Shown: positions 9,789 to 17,997 of the stretch, piece after piece
Layout of the letters: every line of letters begins with the position of its first letter
How positions within the stretch are numbered: the first letter of the stretch is position 1
Origin: an uncultured Alphaproteobacteria bacterium
GTDB lineage: Bacteria; Pseudomonadota; Alphaproteobacteria; Caedimonadales; UBA9215
Direction of reading: 5' to 3'
Assembly (NCBI GenBank): GCA_963974885.1
Contig: CAXBEY010000001.1
Location: 20,372-84,371, forward strand
Length of the DNA: 64,000 nt
Translations under genes and position numbers: made by a program
The notes under the pieces: model-generated
Databases searched by the model: none
What the model saw: the letters and a program-made list of their open reading frames with translations, nothing else
Told to the model about the DNA's origin: nothing

Positions 9789-10976
9789 TTAAAAAGAGGA
9801 ATCCGTTGTTTGCAAAACGTGTAAACCTTTTTGCGTTACTTCTAGTATGGCGAGCTTACGCTCGGTCACACCATTTTGTTGTAGACGAAAAACGCCATCA
9901 ACACCATCAAAACCTCTGCTTTGGGTAAGTGCTGCAACATTAAAGGCTTTTTCACCATGGTGACGACGCAAAACAGCTAGCATAGAAACCACATCATAGG
10001 CAAGGGTTGCGAGGCGGCTGGGTTCTTCTCCGTAGGCCTGTTTATATTTCCCATTGAAAGAAAAACGCTCTCGAGGGTCAGGAGCCGCAACCCATGCCCC
10101 TGCAAGCGCATGATTCTCAAAGACTTTTTGATCATCCCATTGGCCTGTGCCGAGCAACTGAATACCCTCAAGGGAAATTTCTTGATAAAGGATTGCAGAA
10201 ACAACACGGGCAAGGGAATGCCCGCCTTCAGGGATAAACAGCGTGTCAATTTTTAATGTTTTTAAGGGGTCTAAATCATGGGAGAGAGTTTTTGATTTCA
10301 CATCATAGGTTATAAAGTCAACATCAAATTGGTATTGCTTCTTGAGGTGTCGTACTTCACGTTCAACCAAAGCTCCATAGCCGTTTCGTGGAATCAGTAC
10401 ACCAAGGGCTCGTTTTCCGTGGCTGGCGGCATAGGCTATAATTTGGCGCACTTGCTCTTCGGGAGAAAAGCCAAGGGCAAAAACACCGCCACTTGCTATA
10501 TCTTTATTGTTAGAAAATGAAACAACATTAATATGAGCGCGGCGGGCTATCTGTGACACCGCTTGTACATTATTAGAGAAAATGGGCCCAAGGATAATGC
10601 CGGCGCCTTCTTGAATGGCTTTTTGAGCCGCATGGGCTGCGCCGGATTCAGAGCTTTTGGTATCATACATGGCAAGGTTAATGGCATCATTTGCATGGTC
10701 AAATAAGCTCATCTCAGCGGCTTTTTGCAGAGATTGCCCAAGGGCTTGATGTTGGCCAGAGAGGGGAATCAACAAGGCAACTTTGTCAGATTTTTTAATT
10801 TTCTCTTGTGGTTTAGCGCCAAAGCCTTTATCTGCCATGGGTTGTAGGGATGTGGGGCGTTGCTGGGAGCAGGCATTTAAAAACAAAAGACTTAACCCTA
10901 TTAAAGAGCTTATGATCAGAGGTCTTGTTATCCTAGGTAAGCTAGCGTATTTTGATAGAGAAAAAAAGTGAGTCAT
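9789..10976 (-). CDS. LpoA-like penicillin-binding-protein activator / type-1 periplasmic-binding-fold lipoprotein
   Basis: Lipobox LLFLNAC, then a Leu/Ile/Val-binding-protein-like fold pattern. It lies divergent from rsmI, as lpoA (yraM) / rsmI (yraL) do in E. coli. I prefer the ATG at 10976 (MTHFF) over the TTG at 10994. Confidence 0.6.
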   Translation of the reverse strand: MTHFFSLSKYASLPRITRPLIISSLIGLSLLFLNACSQQRPTSLQPMADKGFGAKPQEKIKKSDKVALLIPLSGQHQALGQSLQKAAEMSLFDHANDAINLAMYDTKSSESGAAHAAQKAIQEGAGIILGPIFSNNVQAVSQIARRAHINVVSFSNNKDIASGGVFALGFSPEEQVRQIIAYAASHGKRALGVLIPRNGYGALVEREVRHLKKQYQFDVDFITYDVKSKTLSHDLDPLKTLKIDTLFIPEGGHSLARVVSAILYQEISLEGIQLLGTGQWDDQKVFENHALAGAWVAAPDPRERFSFNGKYKQAYGEEPSRLATLAYDVVSMLAVLRRHHGEKAFNVAALTQSRGFDGVDGVFRLQQNGVTERKLAILEVTQKGLHVLQTTDSSF

Positions 10977-10980
10977 TATT

Positions 10981-11853
10981 ATGCCATCCTTCAATAAAGC
11001 GTCTATAGAGAATTTTATAGGTAGTGGGTCTAAATGTAAATATCCTCCAGGGCTTTACTTGGTGGCAACTCCCATTGGAAATCTTGAAGATATTACACTA
11101 CGGGCCCTTGCAACCTTGGAAAAAGCTGATTTCATTGCCTGTGAAGACACCCGTGTGACAAAAAAACTTTTGACCTATTATGGCATTCACAAGCCTCTAT
11201 TAATTTATAACGATGCAAAAGGAGACCCAACAGGGGGAAAAATCATGACCCACTTGCAAGAGGGAAAACGCATTGCCCTTGTATCTGATGCGGGGATGCC
11301 TCTTATTTCAGACCCCGGTTATAAATTGGTTCAAGACGTTATTGCACAGGATATTTATGTGACCTGTATTCCAGGAGCCTCTGCTGGATTAACGGCTCTT
11401 TTGCTCTCAGGTCTCCCCAGTGATTGCTTTTCTTTTCAAGGCTTTTTTCCCCGCAAAGAAAAAGAAACCCAAGATATGTTAGAGAGCTTACAAGGAAATC
11501 AGACCTTGATCTTTTATGAGTCACCAAAGCGCCTTGAGCAAACTTTAAAGCGCCTTAAGGGGTCGTTGAAAGTTCAATCTATGGCCATTGCACGGGAGCT
11601 CACCAAAAATTTTGAGCAAGTTATCAGAGGTACACCTCAAGAGCTTTTAGAGCAATTAGACTCTTTTCCCCTAAAGGGAGAGCTGGTTTTGATTCTGCGC
11701 ACAAAGGTCCAAGAGTTGACACAGGACGATATCGATGCGCACTTAAAAAGAGCCCTTGAAAATCAAAGTGTTAAAAGTGCTGTGCAAGAGGTGATGGATT
11801 TAACGGGCCTGCCTAAAAAACAGCTTTATCAACGGGCCTTAGATTTAAAATGA
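10981..11853 (+). CDS. rsmI: 16S rRNA (cytidine1402-2'-O)-methyltransferase
   Basis: LYLVATPIGNLEDITLRAL N-terminal motif and tetrapyrrole-methylase-like fold. 290 aa. Confidence 0.9.
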   Translation: MPSFNKASIENFIGSGSKCKYPPGLYLVATPIGNLEDITLRALATLEKADFIACEDTRVTKKLLTYYGIHKPLLIYNDAKGDPTGGKIMTHLQEGKRIALVSDAGMPLISDPGYKLVQDVIAQDIYVTCIPGASAGLTALLLSGLPSDCFSFQGFFPRKEKETQDMLESLQGNQTLIFYESPKRLEQTLKRLKGSLKVQSMAIARELTKNFEQVIRGTPQELLEQLDSFPLKGELVLILRTKVQELTQDDIDAHLKRALENQSVKSAVQEVMDLTGLPKKQLYQRALDLK

Positions 11854-11875
11854 CGAGAAATTATGGAGGACTATT

Positions 11876-12754
11876 ATGAGACGACTTTTTTTGACTTTTT
11901 TCACGCTGTTTTTCATGCACTCTCTTTCTTGGGGATCGGAAAATTTTACAGAATCTACCATTAAGTTCAGTGATGGATCTACAGTAACCCGCTTTCATTA
12001 TAGTGATATAGACTCAACACAAACCGCAGCAAAAAAACACTTGAATCCAGGTCAGTGGAGCGTTGTAACCGCTGATTCACAAAGTAAAGGGTATGGCTTT
12101 TGGGGACGGTGTTGGGAGTCACCAGTTGGTAACTTATTTTCAACATTTTGTGTCCATCTTGATATGTTGCATATGAGTCGCTTGAGTTGGGTCCCCCCCT
12201 TTGTTGGTCTTGCGGTTTCTGATACCCTTGTGCAATTAGGCGTACCCAATGAAAAAATTGGTCTGCGCTGGATTAATAATGTTCTTGTTGATGAGAAAAA
12301 AATCGCAGGTATTATTGTTGAAACGGACCGGAAGAAAACGGGGTTAATGCTTAAAATTGGTGTTGGTATCAATGTTGACGTGGCAGATGATGTGTTGGGG
12401 GCTATTGATCAACCGGCAACGTCCCTGCACCAAGCCTTAAAAACACCTCCATCGGTGGACGATGTCCTAAAGACTTTAGTACAAAAATTGAGGGATCGGT
12501 TTTTGGCATTTGAAGAGTGTCGTTCGCCTATTTCTGATTACCGTGAAAAGCTTCTTTACTTGGGAGAAGAGGTAACGATTCGTGAGGGGAATCTCACAAT
12601 GAATCGTAAAAAAGAAAAAGAGTATAATTTTATAGAAACAAAGGGTACTTTTCTTGGTGTAAGCGATGATGGATTTCTGATATTGGGGATACCTGATGGA
12701 AAGAAAGCATTTATTTCTGCAGAAGTTGTCCCAAGGAAAAAAGATGACCTCTGA
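11876..12754 (+). CDS. biotin-protein-ligase (BirA/BPL) family protein, divergent, with a hydrophobic N-terminal extension
   Basis: Colinear with the BirA catalytic domain: DSTQ..A, QSKGYGFWGRCWESPVGNLFSTF versus E. coli QQAGRGRRGRKWFSPFGANLYLS, and LRWINNVLVDEKKIAGIIVE versus VKWPNDLYLQDRKLAGILVE. A strong GGAGGA SD lies 5 nt before the ATG at 11876. Confidence 0.65.
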   Translation: MRRLFLTFFTLFFMHSLSWGSENFTESTIKFSDGSTVTRFHYSDIDSTQTAAKKHLNPGQWSVVTADSQSKGYGFWGRCWESPVGNLFSTFCVHLDMLHMSRLSWVPPFVGLAVSDTLVQLGVPNEKIGLRWINNVLVDEKKIAGIIVETDRKKTGLMLKIGVGINVDVADDVLGAIDQPATSLHQALKTPPSVDDVLKTLVQKLRDRFLAFEECRSPISDYREKLLYLGEEVTIREGNLTMNRKKEKEYNFIETKGTFLGVSDDGFLILGIPDGKKAFISAEVVPRKKDDL

Positions 12755-13469
12755 TTTGACCCCTTCTCCCGAAACCCCCGAGCGTCTTGCCAAAGTCATG
12801 GCGCGGGCGGGTGTTTGTTCAAGACGAGAAGCTGAACGCTGGATTGCTGATAGGCGCGTGCGTGTGAATGAGGTCCTCATTGAAACACCCGCAACCCTTG
12901 TTCTCTCAAAGGACACCATCGAAGTTGATGGTGTGGCCTTGCCTAAAAAGCAAAAGACACGGCTGTGGATGTTCCATAAACCCCGCGGCATTGTAACAAC
13001 CCACTTTGATCCTGAAGGTCGGGAAACATTGTTTGATTTGTTGCCCTCTCATTTGCCTGATCATATTATTTCCGTTGGGCGATTGGACCTTATGAGTGAG
13101 GGCCTTATTTTATTAACCAATGACGGGGAACTGGCTCGAAAATTAGAGCACCCCAGCAGTGAAGTGCCCCGTGTTTATCAGGTGCGTGTCTTTGGACATC
13201 TTGATCCCAGTGGTCTTGAGCAATTGACGAAAGGCATCACGGTCAATGGGGTTGATTACGGCCCCATAAGATGGCGCCAAGGGCCTCGAAAAGGGGACAA
13301 TCAATGGATTGAGATGACGTTAACAGAAGGTAAAAATCGCGAGATCAGAAAGGTCATTGATCATATTGGCGGCCGTGTAAACCGTTTGATTCGGGTGACA
13401 TACGGTCCTTTTAAATTGGGTGACCTTGAGGTTGCACAGTTAAAGGAAGTCCCTTCAAGTGATATATAG
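12744..13469 (+). CDS. RsuA/RluB-family pseudouridine synthase (S4 domain + catalytic domain)
   Basis: RLAKVMARAGVCSRREAERWI (S4 domain) and GRLDLMSEGLILLTNDG (catalytic Asp). The start is taken at ATG 12744 (MTSDL), overlapping the upstream stop by 11 nt, rather than at ORF-track 12696. Confidence 0.85.
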   Translation: MTSDLTPSPETPERLAKVMARAGVCSRREAERWIADRRVRVNEVLIETPATLVLSKDTIEVDGVALPKKQKTRLWMFHKPRGIVTTHFDPEGRETLFDLLPSHLPDHIISVGRLDLMSEGLILLTNDGELARKLEHPSSEVPRVYQVRVFGHLDPSGLEQLTKGITVNGVDYGPIRWRQGPRKGDNQWIEMTLTEGKNREIRKVIDHIGGRVNRLIRVTYGPFKLGDLEVAQLKEVPSSDI

Positions 13470-13471
13470 GA

Positions 13472-13822
13472 AGGCCTGCAAAAGGCCCTTTTGCCGATAA
13501 AAAAGCAAAGACTCGACTTATCAAGGGACGCACGTACTAAAGGTAAGCTTACGATTATCCAGCGGAGCACTGGAAGAGTTTAAGAACGACAAACCTTATA
13601 GAGTCAACCTTTGTAACGGTTCGATATCAAACCAAGAAAGTAAAAGGATGTTTTTCTAGAAAGACGATCTTGACGAGGGTCTTGAAGCTGTGCGAAAGTA
13701 ATGGGAAGCGTTGGCAAATAATTGCCGGATTTAAACGCTTGGGCGAGGTTATTACCGGCGTTAAGTTCGTGGATGGCGTCGCTTCGATCAACAACGATCA
13801 GAACATGAGAGACGCCGCTTGA
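13472..13822 (+). pseudogene. IS256-family (Mutator-type) transposase, C-terminal fragment only
   Basis: It has no Met start, so it is absent from the ORF track. Translation gives ...FADKKAKTRLIKGRTY*R*AYDYPAEHWKSLRTTNLIESTFVTVRYQTKKVKGCFSRKTILTRVLKLCESNGKRWQIIAGFKRLGEVITGVKFVDGV...DAA*. This matches the conserved YDFPxEHWxxLRTTNxIES...GVKFxDG C-terminus of proteobacterial IS256-family transposases. In-frame stops occur at 13538 and 13544, and the N-terminal three quarters or so are missing. Confidence 0.75.
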
Positions 13823-13897
13823 ACTCTCATACACAACTTTCGGTCATAGCTCCCTCATTGGAGAGTTTGTATAATAAAAACTTAAAGGAAAATAACA

Positions 13898-14215
13898 ATG
13901 ATATTTAACCCTAGAAAAATTTTACCCCTTGTTGCTTTTTTTACGGCAGCAACATGTGCTCAGGCAAGCCTTAATTCTGAGGAAGACGCTCCCCAATACT
14001 CTTGGAAGATTTCTACAAAAGCCGGTGTTGTGCAAACAATTGATAGGGAAGACGGTAAAAAAGCTATAAACATGGGTTTTATGACATGTGGTACATTAAG
14101 CTTAAGTGCTCAAAGTTTTAATGGTGTGCCAATGTTGAAGCCTTTAAAGTTATCACCATCAATGAACCTTGAAGAAGCAACAGCTGCGCTGCGCGCTTCT
14201 GGCCTTGTTGACTAA
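13898..14215 (+). CDS. hypothetical small secreted protein
   Basis: 105 aa with a signal-like N-terminus (KILPLVAFFTAATCAQA). AAGGAAAA lies upstream and a clean terminator follows. No family recognised. Confidence 0.5.
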   Translation: MIFNPRKILPLVAFFTAATCAQASLNSEEDAPQYSWKISTKAGVVQTIDREDGKKAINMGFMTCGTLSLSAQSFNGVPMLKPLKLSPSMNLEEATAALRASGLVD

Positions 14216-14270
14216 GCATCCATTCCTACCCTTTTCCCCAGAGACTTTTATAAAGCCTATTTAATTTAGA

Positions 14271-14294
14271 AACCTCCCCATGGGAGGTTTTGTT
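14271..14294 (+). terminator. rho-independent terminator
   Basis: AACCTCCC-cat-GGGAGGTT (8-bp perfect stem, 3-nt loop) followed by TTTTGTT. Confidence 0.7.
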
Positions 14295-14495
14295 ATATGA
14301 ATGCCTCATAAAATACAGGTGCGGTTTATGTGAGGCATTCACCTCTAATCTAAAAATTCAAATTTCATTTGCCCTATTAAAACCCTCTGTTGCATAATCT
14401 GCAACTCCGTTATTCTTTTTTAATATTTGTATCTTTGACAAGTGGTCACTATATATAAGATATAAGAAATACAGAATACATATATAAGGATTTAA

Positions 14496-15158
14496 ATGAT
14501 GAAAAAGACTTTTCTAACACTTATTATCGGAACAACACTTTCACTCTCAAGTGCCTTTGCACATAATGAGCTTGCTCTTGTGCCCTATGAAGGCCCTGAC
14601 TTGACACGCGCTTTTGTAAAGTATAACCCTTCTCAAGAGAAACTTATTAAAAATAACCTTGCTCTTGTGCCCTATGATGCAGAATTTGCAGCAGCACAAA
14701 AAGGAGTGCAAGAAGATGCGCCGGAAAGCTGGGGCAACTGGGCTATGAACAAAGCAGTGGGCGCTACAAAGTATGTGGGCGGAAAACTTGTTGATAGTGG
14801 ATCAGAAACAGCAAAATACCTTCTTGCTTGGAACTTGAACTACTACGGTGTCAATGCTCTTGAAGAGCTAACAGCCTATGGTGTTTATGTGGGTGCCAGC
14901 TTAATTGGCGGGCCTGTGGCAGGAAATACGGCTTATTATGTAACAAAAGGGGGCATTAAGCTTGCCCGTTATGTTCTTCCTGGGTTTGATGGTTTCATCG
15001 CCGGTACCTATGCACCCTTGACAAAGAGCTTTGTGATTGATCCCTTAGTGAACAACGCTCCAGCCATTGCAAAGGCTGCTGTCTCAACAGCGTCTACTTG
15101 TGCAAGCTATGTTAAAAGTGCGGGAAGTGCAGCTTACAATTACTTCTGGGGTGCTTAA
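14496..15158 (+). CDS. hypothetical secreted protein with duplicated N(E/N)LALVPY(E/D) motif and Gly/Ala-rich C-terminal half
   Basis: 220 aa. Signal peptide MMKKTFLTLIIGTTLSLSSAFA, AAGGA SD, and a terminator directly downstream. No family recognised. Confidence 0.55.
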   Translation: MMKKTFLTLIIGTTLSLSSAFAHNELALVPYEGPDLTRAFVKYNPSQEKLIKNNLALVPYDAEFAAAQKGVQEDAPESWGNWAMNKAVGATKYVGGKLVDSGSETAKYLLAWNLNYYGVNALEELTAYGVYVGASLIGGPVAGNTAYYVTKGGIKLARYVLPGFDGFIAGTYAPLTKSFVIDPLVNNAPAIAKAAVSTASTCASYVKSAGSAAYNYFWGA

Positions 15159-15180
15159 GACCTCTTAAAGGAAATACTAA

Positions 15181-15211
15181 AAAAGGCCCTGTTAACCCGG
15201 GGCCTTTTTTT
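15181..15211. terminator. bidirectional rho-independent terminator between convergent genes
   Basis: AAAAGGCCC-(10 nt)-GGGCCTTTT followed by more T. The A-tract/T-tract symmetry allows termination from both directions: the 14496 gene on + and bamB on -. Confidence 0.7.
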
Positions 15212-15247
15212 ATGGGGTGATTGGTTAGTTTTGTGGCAACAGGTCCC

Positions 15248-16573
15248 TTAAGACCCGCGGTAAGCCACTAACTCTGCATGATCCGTTAAGAACACAAGGG
15301 TATTATCAACGGCGATGGGGGAAAGAAGAGTGCGGCTGCCAATATCAAGCTCTTGAACGGTGTCACCCTTTTCTATTGAAACAATCAACGCTTTTCCATT
15401 TGATCCAGAAAGAGCAAGGGCCTTACCAACAAGAATAGGGCCTGCCCATAAAATGGGATCACTTTTATTTTCTGGGTCAAGGTAACGGGGCAATTGTTGT
15501 ACCCAGATAACTTTACCGTTAAAGCGATTAAAGCACGCAAGCTCATTGTTATTGGTGACCATAAAGAGATAATCACCTGAAACAGCAGGGCTCCTGATGC
15601 CACCAACAGTATGGGTCCAAAGGGTTTTACCCGAGTTCGCATCAAGGCAGCTCATAACACCACCATTGCCAATGAGATACACGTGATTGCCCTTAACAAC
15701 GGGGCGGGCTTTGATGTGAAACAACGAGGAAATAGGATCAAGTTTTGTGAGGCTCACCAGGCTTTCACTCCAGAGGGGTAGACCGTTCCCAGGGTGCAAT
15801 GCATAGACCTCGCCAGACGTATAAGGCACAATGAGCAGATCGCTTGTCAAAGCAGGGCTTGCCCCGCCTAATAGGCCAGCGATTTCCATAATGCCGGAAT
15901 GGGACCAAGTCGGTTCTCCTGTGCGATAGTTAATAGCCTCAAGTTGGTTGTTAATATTTACCGCATAAACATAACCGTTTTTAACTGTGGGGGCAGCCCG
16001 AACGGGCGCTGTTAACGCAAAGCGTTTTTCAATGTCCCCTGTTTCAGCCTTCATCATGACAACTTCAGCCGCAGGCGTGACAACAAATACAAATCCATCT
16101 TCGTACCCAAGACCACCACTAAAGGCTTGTGTTGAATGATTTTCCGGTGTTGAGTCTTTCGACCACAATTGTTTACCTGTTTGAATATCAAAAGCGCTGA
16201 CGTAGCCCCGTGTATCGACAGTAAAAATCTTGCCGCCAGCAGCCACTGGACCATTTAAGAGGCGTTCAGAAGAACCGGAACCCATTCCAATGGATTCTGA
16301 CCATGCTTTTTTCAGATTTGACCCTAAGGTGACGGGGTCAAAGGAGTGGTCAACGGCACCGCTGGCACTGGGCCAAGCTTTATTAAGCTTTGGTTTTGGA
16401 AGAGAGACTTTGGTATTTTTCAAAGAGGGATCTGCCATCAAGGGATCATCTCCTACAAAAATAGCTTCTCGATCTCCCAAAATAGGGGGGCCTTTTTTAT
16501 TATCACAGGCCGTTAAGCATAAGCCCGACAAAAACAGAGCAAAAAGAGAGAGGCGGGAAAAAGTACGTATCAT
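15248..16573 (-). CDS. bamB: outer-membrane protein assembly factor BamB (PQQ-like beta-propeller lipoprotein)
   Basis: 441 aa. Lipobox LCLTAC, repeated propeller blades (G.vyA.d..tGk..W pattern), and position directly downstream of a yfgM-like TPR gene. Confidence 0.85.
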   Translation of the reverse strand: MIRTFSRLSLFALFLSGLCLTACDNKKGPPILGDREAIFVGDDPLMADPSLKNTKVSLPKPKLNKAWPSASGAVDHSFDPVTLGSNLKKAWSESIGMGSGSSERLLNGPVAAGGKIFTVDTRGYVSAFDIQTGKQLWSKDSTPENHSTQAFSGGLGYEDGFVFVVTPAAEVVMMKAETGDIEKRFALTAPVRAAPTVKNGYVYAVNINNQLEAINYRTGEPTWSHSGIMEIAGLLGGASPALTSDLLIVPYTSGEVYALHPGNGLPLWSESLVSLTKLDPISSLFHIKARPVVKGNHVYLIGNGGVMSCLDANSGKTLWTHTVGGIRSPAVSGDYLFMVTNNNELACFNRFNGKVIWVQQLPRYLDPENKSDPILWAGPILVGKALALSGSNGKALIVSIEKGDTVQELDIGSRTLLSPIAVDNTLVFLTDHAELVAYRGS

Positions 16574-16601
16574 AGAAAAACCTTTAAAGCTTATTATTTA
16601 G

Positions 16602-17225
16602 TTAAGGATTTCAACCATAGCTTGTGCACGAGCACGCATAGATTGGGGGGCTTGTGGGTGTTGTGCAACGGACATAAAAGCTTGGGAAGCTTTTTTTTAG
16701 GCTCCGAAGTTTTAAGTAGGCAAAAGCCTGCAGTTCAATAGCCGCTGCTTGGAGGGGAGAATTTTTAGTCACAAGGCTTTCAAGCTCTTCTAAAAGTACC
16801 GTCCCATGAGTTGAGTCAAATTTTCTCATGATCCCCTGAAGAGCCGCTGTTTCACGGTAAAAAGCATCATAGGATGTGTTGTTCGCTAGGGCTTTTAAAA
16901 GATCCTCGGCCTCTTTGGTGCTGGCTGCAAGACGGGCCTGTTCAAAGATCCCCATGATTTGATAGCCCGCTGATCCTTCTTTAATTAACAAAGAATAATC
17001 TGCTTTTTCACCTTTTGAAGGGTCAGGTTCTAGATTTTTCTCATAAATAAGAGTTTGATCTAAAAGCTTTTTTTCTTGATGGGTATGCCAAAAAAGATAG
17101 CCAATGGTCATGAGAACAATAGCAATTACAGCACCGATAACAAAGTTGCCATACTCATTCCAAAAGGCAACTAACTGGTCATTGCGGATATCTTCTTTGA
17201 TTTCTTCAATTAAATCATCAGACAT
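16602..17225 (-). CDS. YfgM-like membrane-anchored TPR protein, with an apparent frameshift in an A8 tract near the 3' end
   Basis: N-terminal anchor helix (FVIGAVIAIVLMTIGYLFW) followed by TPR-like helices. The start is taken at MSDDL (17225), preceded by GAGGAG. After the A8 run (16691-16698) the annotated frame reads SFPSFYVRCTTPTSPPIYACSCTSYG*. The adjacent frame reads KKASQAFMSVAQHPQAPQSMRARAQAMVEILN* and ends at 16602. Confidence 0.6.
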
Positions 17226-17415
17226 GGATAGGCTCCTCATTGTATAATAGATTACTCTGTGGCACTTACTCTACCTTCAGATCCCCTAAAGATCAAGGGT
17301 ATGCAACGAAGCCCTCAAAGTTTTATTGAACCTTTCAGTATAAATGTGCTAAAAAAAACCATAGGATGCACTGCAACACCTTCCTTTGCAGTGGTTCAGT
17401 CAATTTTAAGGGTTA

Positions 17416-17997
17416 ATGATGCTTCGTAAAAGTTATGATTGGGTTTTAGCCCATGCTGGCACGCCTAGAGCACGTTGGATGCTTGTTGCTATTTCCTTTG
17501 CAGAGAGCTCCTTTTTCCCTATTCCCCCTGACCCCCTTTACATGGCTATGATTTTGGCTCGCGTTCAAGATGCATGGAAATTGGCGTTTATTTGCACTTT
17601 GAGCTCTGTTATTGGGGGAATTCTTGGCTATTATATTGGCTTTGCCCTTTATGAAACCGCAGGGGAATGGATTATTAATACTTATGGCCTTCAGGAGTCT
17701 TTTGAGAAGTTTCAAGCTGGTTTTGATAAATGGGGCTTTTGGATTGTGGCTCTTAAGGGATTAACGCCCATTCCTTATAAGGTTGTAACAATCTTTAGCG
17801 GTGTTGCAAAGCTTGATATGGCAACATTTCTAACCGCTTCTATTGTCGCACGAGGATTCCGTTTTTACCTTGTTGCGGGGCTGTTGAAATTTTGTGGTCC
17901 ACAAATTAGAGACGTTGTGGAAAAGAACCTGGGCCTTGTGACTCTTGTTGTTATTGCGGTTATTATTGGCGGATTCTTTATTGTTAAATATATTTAG
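17416..17997 (+). CDS. DedA/YqaA-family inner-membrane protein
   Basis: 193 aa. The FAESSFFPIPPD motif and the helix layout are typical of YqaA/DedA proteins. Confidence 0.75.
   Translation: MMLRKSYDWVLAHAGTPRARWMLVAISFAESSFFPIPPDPLYMAMILARVQDAWKLAFICTLSSVIGGILGYYIGFALYETAGEWIINTYGLQESFEKFQAGFDKWGFWIVALKGLTPIPYKVVTIFSGVAKLDMATFLTASIVARGFRFYLVAGLLKFCGPQIRDVVEKNLGLVTLVVIAVIIGGFFIVKYI

Noticed and set aside
12476-12991. 171-aa minus-strand ORF.
   Set aside because: Antisense to the BPL-family and pseudouridine synthase genes, with no motifs. It is a shadow ORF.
13740-13830. Possible tmRNA tag region: a frame ending ...NNDQNMRDAA* with the stop codon inside a 7-bp hairpin (ATGAGAG-12 nt-CTCTCAT).
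   Set aside because: No tRNA-like T-arm/acceptor/CCA and no GGGG...UUCGAC 5' motif nearby. The frame is fully explained as the C-terminus of the IS256-type transposase (GVKFVDGV...AA*).
13604-13834. 76-aa minus-strand ORF from the ORF track.
   Set aside because: It lies antisense to the much better supported IS256-family transposase fragment on the + strand. It has no recognisable motifs and no RBS, so it is treated as a shadow ORF.
16230-16601. 123-aa + strand ORF.
   Set aside because: Antisense to the bamB 5' region, with no motifs.
17369-17393. 8-bp hairpin CACTGCAA-9 nt-TTGCAGTG, 22 nt upstream of the dedA/yqaA-like start.
   Set aside because: No T-tract, no recognisable riboswitch or attenuator features, and too short to interpret without conservation data.
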